NCBI GenBank assembly: GCA_038143065.1
Contig: JAYQLI010000035.1
Coordinates: 2,176,894-2,240,893, forward strand
DNA length: 64,000 nucleotides
Source of the DNA: Rhodospirillales bacterium
Lineage (GTDB): Bacteria; Pseudomonadota; Alphaproteobacteria; Bin95
Reading direction: 5' to 3'
Position 1 is the stretch's first letter. Every line of letters starts with the position of its first letter. Below, in pieces: positions 55,805 through 64,000 of this stretch. The position numbers and the translations under genes were made by a program. Below the pieces are notes generated by a model that made no database searches, was not told where the DNA came from, and was given only the letters and a program-made list of their open reading frames with translations.

Positions 55805-57148
55805 ATGGCCACGGCACCAATCGATAGCAAACTTTTCCGTGACATGTTTGGAACGGAGGCGATGCGCGAGATTTTTGATGAAACTACAACTTTACAAAGG
55901 TACCTAGATGTAGAAGCAGCTCTTGCCAGAGTGCAAGCGAAGCTCGGTATTATACCAAACGAAGCCGCCTCAGAGATCTCTTCCAAATGTCTGGTGGAAT
56001 TAATGGATCAGGAGGCAATCGCCAAAGAAACGATCATAGTTGGCTACCCTATATTAGCTCTCGTAAGAGGAATAGTGTCAGCGTGCGACAATAATCTGGG
56101 CGAGTATGCCCATTGGGGAGCAACCACCCAAGACATTATGGATTCGGGTTTGGTTCTCCAGATACGTGATGCGATCAATTTATTAGATTCTGAATTAGAG
56201 GAACTTTGTAAAACACTTGCTCGCCTCACTGATGAATATCGTCACGCAACTATGGCAGGTAGAACGCACCTCCAGCATGCTTTGCCTGTCACATTTGGTC
56301 TAAAATCAGCCGTGTGGTTAGCCTCATTGCTGAGGATGCGAGAGCGTTTAAATCAGCTTCGGCCCCGCGTTTTGGTTGGTCAATTTGCTGGTGCCTCTGG
56401 CACGCTTGCCTCCCTCGGTGAGAGAGGCATGGAAGTTTCAGATGGGTTGATGGATGAGCTTGGTCTTGGCAGGGCCCTTGCTCCTTGGCATGTCTCCCGA
56501 GATGCAGTTGCCGAAACTATTTGTTTTCTGGCTCTGTTAAACGGTGCTCTTTCTAAGATAGCTACTGACGTGATGCTTCTAATGACGACCGAGCTTCAAG
56601 AAGCCTTTGAGCCGTTCGTTAAAGGGCGTGGAGCTTCCTCAACGATGCCTCAGAAGCGAAACCCAATTTCCTGCGAGATTATAAGGGGTAGTGCTCGGCT
56701 TGTTCGCTCTCATGCATCGGCTTGCCTGGATGCAATGGAGGCCGATTTTGAGCGCGCAACCGGGCCCTGGCACGTTGAATGGATAGCTGTTCCAGAAGCT
56801 TTTGTGTTGACGTCAGGAGCCCTTAGTCAAGCAAATTTTATGCTCGCAGGACTTGAGGTGGATACAGACAGAATGCGCCGTAATCTGGAAGCTTCCAATG
56901 GATTAATAATGGCAGAAGCTGTGATGATGGGGCTTGCACCTGTGGTTGGCCGCACAACTGCTCATGATAAAGTATATGAAGCCTGCAGAAGGGCCATTGC
57001 AGAAGGGGTCCATCTACGCGATGCCCTTTTGGCTGATAGCGAAATTTTCACTCAATTAGGGCCAAAGGAAATTGAACGCCTTATGGAGCCAGCAAATTAC
57101 CTTGGAGCTACTCAACAAATGATAGACCGCGTTCTAAATGCTGTTTAG
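55805..57148 (+). CDS. PcaB/adenylosuccinate lyase family protein
   Basis: HWGATTQD, GRTHLQHA and SSTMPQKRNP. Confidence 0.88.
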   Translation: MATAPIDSKLFRDMFGTEAMREIFDETTTLQRYLDVEAALARVQAKLGIIPNEAASEISSKCLVELMDQEAIAKETIIVGYPILALVRGIVSACDNNLGEYAHWGATTQDIMDSGLVLQIRDAINLLDSELEELCKTLARLTDEYRHATMAGRTHLQHALPVTFGLKSAVWLASLLRMRERLNQLRPRVLVGQFAGASGTLASLGERGMEVSDGLMDELGLGRALAPWHVSRDAVAETICFLALLNGALSKIATDVMLLMTTELQEAFEPFVKGRGASSTMPQKRNPISCEIIRGSARLVRSHASACLDAMEADFERATGPWHVEWIAVPEAFVLTSGALSQANFMLAGLEVDTDRMRRNLEASNGLIMAEAVMMGLAPVVGRTTAHDKVYEACRRAIAEGVHLRDALLADSEIFTQLGPKEIERLMEPANYLGATQQMIDRVLNAV

Positions 57149-57247
57149 CCAGTCGCTTCAATGCTTTTTGTTAGCAGCCCATCGCTTACTTGAGACAGAA
57201 GCTTTGTTATTCTATTCCTGAAAATTATTTAAGTGAGAACCTAAGCC

Positions 57248-58015
57248 ATGCCCGTAGAGCTGAGTCGCATTGATGAATTTGCCTTAATTACTCTGAACCG
57301 ACCCGAAGCTCTAAATGCTCTTAGTTTTCAGATTGTGCGAGAAATTGGAGAGGCCATTGATGAAGTGGCTCGTTCTGATGCGCGTGCTCTTCTCTTTACC
57401 GGCACCGGCGACAAGGCTTTTTGTGCAGGTGCAGATATTTCTGAGCTTATGGGCCGCTCTGTTTCTGATATTCGTGAGGGAGCACGACGGGGACAATGTA
57501 CCTTCAGCAAGCTTGATGAATTATCTATCCCTTCAATCGCTGTCATTAATGGTTTTGCGTTGGGAGGCGGTCTAGAATTGGCTCTTGCCTGTACGTTCCG
57601 TGTTGCATCGCCAAACGCACGGATGGGCTTACCAGAGGTAAAGCTTGGTTTAATCCCTGGGTATGGTGGAACCCAACGCCTCCCTCGTCATATTGGGGAG
57701 GCTAAGGCAATGGAATTGATACTGACCGGGCGCTTTATACAAGTCGCAGAAGCTGAGCGGGTTGGCCTTATTCAGACAACTATTGATGGAGATTTGATGG
57801 CTGGAGCATTGGAATTTGCCCGTACTTTCAGCGGATATAGCCTTGCGACTTTGAAATTGGCGCGAGAGGCAACACGAAGAGCCCTTGACGTTAACTTAGA
57901 TGAAGGTCTCAAAATTGAGGCTGATTTGAATTCTCTCTCTTTTTTACTGGATGACGCTAAGATTGGAACAGAAGCGTTCCTGTCTAAGAGCGAACCAAAA
58001 TTTGTGGACCGTTAA
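57248..58015 (+). CDS. Enoyl-CoA hydratase/crotonase
   Basis: [21 protein letters not shown] and GLPE. Confidence 0.92.
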   Translation: MPVELSRIDEFALITLNRPEALNALSFQIVREIGEAIDEVARSDARALLFTGTGDKAFCAGADISELMGRSVSDIREGARRGQCTFSKLDELSIPSIAVINGFALGGGLELALACTFRVASPNARMGLPEVKLGLIPGYGGTQRLPRHIGEAKAMELILTGRFIQVAEAERVGLIQTTIDGDLMAGALEFARTFSGYSLATLKLAREATRRALDVNLDEGLKIEADLNSLSFLLDDAKIGTEAFLSKSEPKFVDR

Positions 58016-58018
58016 TCT

Positions 58019-58764
58019 ATGAATGAAAAATCGCGTGTTGCTATTGTTACGGGGGCAAGCAGAGGAATTGGATCTGTAACAGCCGCAGCGTTGGCAGCTA
58101 AGGGATTTCGCGTGGCTAACCTGTCAAGAAAGGGTATAGGCCCCGAGGACCGCGTTCGTGGAACAGAGGAAGCCCGGGTATCGGTTGATTTTGCTTGTGA
58201 TATCACCGACGACCAAGCAATTCAGTCCACTTTTAAGGCGGTTGAGGCCCATTTTGGGCAGATTGATGTTCTAGTTAACAATGCCGGACAGCATGATGAA
58301 GGTAAAAGTTCTGAGTATAGTACTGATGCTTTCGACGCACTTATGCGAGTAAATTCAACTGCAGTTTTTGTTGCTTGTCGGGAGGCCTTTCCATATTTGG
58401 CTGAGACCCGGGGTTTGATCATCAATATGGGTAGCTATTACGATAAATTAGGGTCCGTTTTCACGCAGCTTATTGTGCGTCAAAGGCAGCTGTTGCGGCT
58501 GTGAGCCGTTGCCTGGCTGTAGAATGGGCCAAATCAGGAGTGCGGGTTCTCACAATAGCGCCCGGTTTTATCGGTACAGACCTAAATCAATCACACATGT
58601 CTAACGATCGTTTTCGAGATTTTATTACTCGCCGAATTCCCTCGGGAGTTATTGGAAAACCTGAAGAAGTAGGAGCGCTTATTGCTGCGATAGCTTCTGA
58701 AAACCTGCACTTTTTAAATGGCGAGACTATTTATTTAGATGGTGGTCAAGGAATGAATCATTGA
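58019..58764 (+). CDS. SDR oxidoreductase; frameshift near 58452
   Basis: TGASRGIG, NNAG and YCASK (restored frame). Confidence 0.88.
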
Positions 58765-59453
58765 GATTTATCCAAATTATTTTTGGATAAATCAGCAAGT
58801 GCCATATCAAACAAGGGCATGAAATATTCTGGTTCTTGAGCACCAGAGATAGCAAAACGTTTTTCAATGACAAAACAGGGCACGCCCTGAACGCCCATCT
58901 GCCTGGCCTTCGTGTCTTCTGAACGAATGGTATCTCTATCTTCGTCGCTTGAAAGATACTTATGGACTTCTTTGGGGTTGAGACCTTCAGTCCTAGCTAT
59001 CTCAGTAAGTGTTGTGGCTTCACTAATATCCTCACCGTTTTGAAAATAAGCCTCAAAAATCGCTTGTACGACTGCATTCTGGCAGTTTGTGCCACCCACA
59101 AGCCTTGCCCACTTAATAAGTCGATGAGCATCAAGTGTATTTGGGGTCCGGGTAATCTTATCAAAGTTAAATTCAATCCCATCGGCATGGCTTGATTGAC
59201 GTAAATTGTCATAGATTCGGCCGGCGTCTGCGGCACCAAATTTAGCCGTTATGTAGGCATCGCGGTTCATGCCCTCGGCGGGCATCCAGGGGTTTAGTTG
59301 AAATGGTTTCCAGATCAATTCAATGCTTGTGTCAGGCCTCATAGCCTTAGCTTTTTCAAGTCGGGTCTTCCCGATGTAACACCACGGACAAACCGTATCA
59401 GCATAAACTTCAATAAGCATTTGCTCCTGAATTTCCTTTCCCAGGACAGCCAT
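58758..59453 (-). CDS. DsbA/FrnE family oxidoreductase
   Basis: DTVCPWCYIG, GVPCF and ISGAQ. Confidence 0.92.
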   Translation of the reverse strand: MAVLGKEIQEQMLIEVYADTVCPWCYIGKTRLEKAKAMRPDTSIELIWKPFQLNPWMPAEGMNRDAYITAKFGAADAGRIYDNLRQSSHADGIEFNFDKITRTPNTLDAHRLIKWARLVGGTNCQNAVVQAIFEAYFQNGEDISEATTLTEIARTEGLNPKEVHKYLSSDEDRDTIRSEDTKARQMGVQGVPCFVIEKRFAISGAQEPEYFMPLFDMALADLSKNNLDKSQ

Positions 59454-59574
59454 AGCTTGCTCACGTCACCTGTTAACACCTTGGCGTTTTTATAATCGCC
59501 AGATCCAGGACGCTTTTCCTAATGGGATACAATACTGCGTATCCGATGGTGCGTAGAAATGTTTCTAAGGAATT

Positions 59575-60914
59575 TTATGTCTCAATATAATCTGTTTTTA
59601 TTAACTTTAAGGTGCGAGACATAGATCCTGATTCTTCAAAACTACTTAAGCAATCAAACAGCTCTTCCGTATTTTGACCTAATTTTGGCCGGACAAGAGG
59701 TTCAAACTTGTTCCACATATCTTCGATTGACATCGGATTTTTGGGATTGCCGAGAGCAACAGGAACCTCCGCTACGAGAGAAGTTCCTTCCTCAAATTCC
59801 ACCTCAATGCGAGAGGATGTATCCACGAGGGAGGCGTCAGATATTAATTTAACCTTATGTAATATTTTCCTTAATTCTGGGTCCGCCATACGAGTCTCGA
59901 CAAAATCGGTTTCTGATGCGGCATAACCTTTCAAGCCAAGAGCAGCGCAGAAGGCGAGGCTAAATTTTCCTTGTAGGGGAGTTACTGGCTCATCAATTCC
60001 AGCGAGGCGAATAGCCGGCTCGCCTACATATAATTTGACTCTCTTGAAGTCGTTATTCACCAACTTTGGTGCGAGCTGGCGAGCACCGTCTATGACCGCA
60101 TGGGTCAAAAGGCATGCAGCATAGGGTTTGAAGGTATTCTGTGTTATTTCCCAGCCATTCTCAAAACTGATTTCAGCTATGCTCGTGGACCTGTCTGGAA
60201 ATAGAGCTTGGCTTAGACCGCCCTCAGGCTCTATCAGATCCTTGCGCGCATCAAATCCGGCGAACGCCATTTCAGCTGATAGGACACCGTTAAAGGCGGC
60301 TTTGCCTGCATGAAATGGTTTTGACATGGAGCCAAATGAAGCAGTCAATCCGCTAACCTGAGTCGCTGCTAGGCCTATGGCATTGAGGATTTCTGTTTGA
60401 TTTAATTTAGTCAGTACGCTTGCTGCTGCAGTGGCGCCAAAACTGCCAAAAATACCAGTAGCATGAAAACCTCTCATGTTTGTTGGTTGGCCAAGTCTAT
60501 TCCCAATTCGAGCAGCAATTTCATAGCCTGCTATGATTGCAGAAATTATCTCTGGCTCTGTTAGTCCCCTATCGCTAGCAAGTGCCATGGTGGCTGCAAT
60601 AGTAGGGCCCCCGATATGTGTAACCGCTCCTACATGTGTGTCATCAAAATCGAGAGCGTGTGCTGCAGTTCCATTTATTAATGCAGCAGCAGCAGCTGAA
60701 GTCGTATGCGCACCCGATAATAAAAATGCTCGACCAGGGCCAGCCCAGTTTTTAGTGGCTTTGGCTGTCGATTGTGTGACTGGTTCAGTTGAACCCCGAT
60801 GGCGACACAAAACCAGTCAATTAATGCTCGTTTTGCGGCGTCTATGACCTCCAGCGGGAAATTAGATGCCTCTGCGCCTTCTATGAATTCAGCAATCTTA
60901 GTGGCATTTTTCAT
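59575..60914 (-). CDS. MmgE/PrpD family protein; frameshift near 60795
   Basis: NGTAAHALDFDDTH, GFHAT, KPFHAG and KPYAAC. The N-terminus is in ORF 60678-60914. Confidence 0.9.
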
Positions 60915-61018
60915 TTTTTCTTAGGCCTGTTTTCGATATTACGATTAATTTTCCATCAACAGCTGACCTCAAGTGACACTAGTTATGTTCAATTTGAAGT
61001 CTTTTCTATCAAGGGATA

Positions 61019-61807
61019 TCAATCGTCTATAATTGCTACTGCACGGGTCCAGCCAGCGGATGCCTGGTGAATTTTTACGGGGAAGCAAACCACTTCGAAC
61101 CCGGTTGCTGGTAGGACTTCTAAATTATGTAATTTCTCTATGTGACTGTAGCCAATGTCTCTGCCAGCCCGGTGCCCTTCCCAAATCAGCTCTGCAGACC
61201 CGCCTGCTTCAATACGCTTTTTTGTGAAGCTGAAAGGAGGATCCCAAGACCAGCCGTCAGTGCCAACAACTCTGATTCCTTGTTCTAACATCCATAGTGT
61301 TGCGGCTTTTGACATTCCGCACCCAGAGTCGACATAGTCATCGTGGCCATACCTAGAGCCCGCTCTGGTATTTATTAACACGATTTCCATTGGCGAAAGG
61401 ATGTGGCCGATGCGTTTTAATTCGGCTTCAACGTCCTCTGGCTGGACAATATAACCATCCTCAAAGTGTCTAAAATCAAGTTTCACGCCTTGATTGTGAA
61501 ACCACTCAAGGGGCAGTTCATCTATTTTTTGCGAGGGTCTTCCCCCAGGGGTAAGCTGTTCGTCCTGCCGTGAAAAATAGTGGTATGGCGCGTCAACATG
61601 AGTGCCGTTGTGGGTGGAAATTTTTACCCTTTCAATGGCGGCGTACTCTTGGTTGGGGAGATCGTCTACAGAGACTCCCATATATTCTGCCATGCCTAGA
61701 GCAGTTTGTTTATGGTCAAGGTACTCAATTTCTGGAAGCGCATGCGGTGGATCTGATTTGATTCCCGCAGTGAGGGCTACGGACAAGTCAATATAACGTC
61801 TCGGCAT
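61019..61807 (-). CDS. Cyclase family (KynB-like) metal hydrolase
   Basis: HNGTHVDAPYH, GTD, HIEKL and RAVA. Confidence 0.9.
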   Translation of the reverse strand: MPRRYIDLSVALTAGIKSDPPHALPEIEYLDHKQTALGMAEYMGVSVDDLPNQEYAAIERVKISTHNGTHVDAPYHYFSRQDEQLTPGGRPSQKIDELPLEWFHNQGVKLDFRHFEDGYIVQPEDVEAELKRIGHILSPMEIVLINTRAGSRYGHDDYVDSGCGMSKAATLWMLEQGIRVVGTDGWSWDPPFSFTKKRIEAGGSAELIWEGHRAGRDIGYSHIEKLHNLEVLPATGFEVVCFPVKIHQASAGWTRAVAIIDD

Positions 61808-61827
61808 AGTTTTTATTTCTTTCGGGC

Positions 61828-62635
61828 TTAAAGAGGATTGTCGAGGTCAAAATTTGGCGGGCGTTTTTCTCTGTGAGATGCTAAGCCTTCTTTGGCTTCC
61901 TCGCCGGCAAACCCAAGAAATTCGTAAGCTGTTGATGCGTCAAATGTTGGCCCAGCCATCCGAAGCCAATTATTTAGAGAATATTTTGTAAGTCGGATGG
62001 CGGCAGGTGCCCCTTGGCTAGGCGCTCTGCAACTTCCATGGCTTTATCTTGGAGTTCCTCAGCTTTAACGGATAAAGATACGAGGCCCATTCTTTCTGCT
62101 TCTTCACCTGTCATAGGTTCGCATAGAAGTAGGTGATACTTAGCTTTTGCCATGCCACAAAGTAGGGGCCAAATAATCGCTGCAACATCACCTGCGGCGA
62201 CCCCGAGCCTGGTATGACCATCAATAATCCGGGCGTCTTTGGCTGCAATCGAGACATCAGATAAGACCCCGGCAACAAGACCGGCACCAACTGCGGGACC
62301 ATGAATGGCTGAGACAATTGGTTTTGAACAGTTAATAATGTTGTAAACTAAGTCGCGCGCTTCCTTGAGGGCGCGCCATCTATATTTTGAATCGGCGATA
62401 ATGTTATCGATCATGTCAAAGTCACCGCCGGCAGAAAAGCTCTTCCAATACCGCGCAAGAGAACTGCATTAACGCTGTCATCGCGATCTATATCGCGCCA
62501 GATATCACAAAGCTCCTGATGCCCCTTCGCATCTACAGCATTTAGACGCTCGGGCCGATTGAATGTGATTCGCAAAATTCGTTCCGATGGACGATCAATC
62601 TCAAGCTGTTCATACTTAGAATACAGATCAGACAT
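61828..62635 (-). CDS. Enoyl-CoA hydratase/isomerase family; frameshifts near 62440 and 62010
   Basis: [17 protein letters not shown] and [12 protein letters not shown]. The restored frame ends at TAA 61828-61830. Confidence 0.88.
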
Positions 62636-62735
62636 AGTTTGCCTCTGCTAAAGAATAGTCAGTTTGATTCTAAGCTTGACACGAAGCCCAGTTCTTTCCC
62701 AGAGCAGTGCTTCACTTTGAAAAAGTGAGAGGAGA

Positions 62736-64000
62736 ATGAAAAATTTGGGATGAAATAGTTATAGGGGCAGGTTCTACAGGAGCCGTCATTGCCAGTCGAT
62801 TGGCTGAAGATAGTCATAGACAAGTGCTTCTCATAGAAGCTGGGCCAGACTATTCCAGCACTGAAAGCACTCCCTCTTCTATATTGAGTGCAAAAAAACC
62901 AGCTCTAGACCATGATTGGGGCTTTGACGCAGAGATGACGCCTGGCAGGAGGTTTGGTTATGCCCGTGGGCGGGTCGTAGGTGGATCATCAGCCGTTAAT
63001 GCCTGCCTTGCTTTGCGAGGCATTCCTTCTGACTATGATGAATGGCGTGAATTCGGTCTTGAAGATTGGTCTTGGACTGATGTGCTGCCTGTTTTCCGCT
63101 CAATTGAAAATGACATAGACGTCTCAAATGAATATCATGGCCAGGGAGGCTCTATAGAGGTTCGTAGGCATCAGCTACAAAACCTTACGCCTGGCCAAGC
63201 TGCTTTTTATTCAACATGTCTGGACTTAGGCTTTCCTGAAGCAGCTGATCACAACAATCCAGAGTCTACCGGTGTTGGGACAGGGCCTTGGAATATAGAC
63301 GAAAATGGTAGGCGTATTTCCACTGCAATGGCTTATCTAGAAAGAGTAAGGAGCCGAAAAAATTTAAAAATCTTAGGTGATTATCTTGTCGATAAGCTTG
63401 TGATCAAAAATGGTAGAGCAGTCGGTGTTGAGATTCTTGGGCCTGAGGGTCGGGTGCGGATTGATGGAAGACGTATAAGTGTATGTGCTGGTGCTATTGG
63501 TACCCCAGCGATACTAATGCGCTCTGGTATTGGCGATCCGGCAGAATTAAAACGCCATGGTATAACTCCAATTGTAGATCGCCGCGGCGTTGGCTGTAAC
63601 TTAATTGATCATGCGCGTGTTGGAGTTGGGTGGCGAGGGATGCCTGGTTTTGTCAGAAAAGACTCCCCATATCTAGAAGCTCTCCTCAGATATACCTCGA
63701 CTGCTTCTACTCATGTGAACGATATGCAAATGATGTTGTTTCAGATGTTACCTGAACCTTCATTAAGCATCAGAACTCAATTGATGAAGCCTTTATCCCG
63801 AGGACGTCTCTATTTGAACGGGTCTGATCCGTTGACTCAGCCAGATATTCGCCTGGACTTGATTGTGGATCCCGAAGATATGAGGCGAATAATAGATGGA
63901 CTCCAGCTTGTCGCCCGTTTTGTTACGAATCCACGGATTGCTCAAATTGGAGCAACGGAACTTATTTTGGATGATTCGTCCGATATGGATGCGATGACAT
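62736..64000 (+). CDS. GMC family oxidoreductase (partial, runs off the window); frameshift just after the start
   Basis: Read directly from the DNA: VIGAGSTG, LLIEAG, GRVVGGSSAVN, GAIGTPAILMRSGIG and NLIDH. Confidence 0.9.

Noticed and set aside
1-64000. Genome-wide reassignment of TAG/TAA to Glu
   Set aside because: Many intact genes terminate at TAG or TAA at the expected position, and in-frame stops are rare.
1-64000. Selenoprotein gene in the window
   Set aside because: The redox-active motifs checked (DsbA CPWC, rhodanese Cys, LuxC and LuxE Cys) use Cys codons. No in-frame TGA at a conserved Cys was noticed, though the scan was by eye.
1-64000. CRISPR array, IS element, prophage or rRNA
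   Set aside because: No regularly spaced repeats, transposase, integrase, phage genes or rRNA-like sequence were seen.

Overview
Chromosomal segment of an alphaproteobacterium, GC roughly mid-40s % by eye. Taxonomy rests on ubiE/mutM-ech-rpsT-dnaA, hisZ-purA and hemC-hemD-Mic60-hemY synteny. Housekeeping genes (deaD, fdxA, dnaK-dnaJ, infA, ubiE, mutM, rpsT, dnaA, hisZ, purA, hemCD/Y, tRNA-Ile2, tRNA-Sec) are interleaved with many small-molecule catabolic genes. These include three TauD-type dioxygenases, three class III CoA transferases, three enoyl-CoA hydratases, a BVMO, a Mo-hydroxylase, an LLM, an OYE, a GMC oxidoreductase and dehalogenase-like genes. About 20 genes are split by single-base indels, mostly at homopolymers, which looks like long-read assembly error. 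No mobile element, prophage or CRISPR array was seen. The main candidate for an undescribed system is at 3005-8968 (minus strand). There a canonical TPP riboswitch heads a tightly coupled six-gene operon: LuxE-like acyl-protein synthetase, LuxC-like acyl reductase, an NMT1/THI5-type ABC transporter and an OarX-like SDR. I infer a vitamin B1 salvage route that imports an oxidised (carboxylic-acid) thiamin derivative and reduces it acid to aldehyde to alcohol. Also notable: two in-frame TAG codons replace both conserved Glu codons in the DnaA NVRELEGAL motif, and GANTC sites cluster upstream of rhodanese-dnaA.
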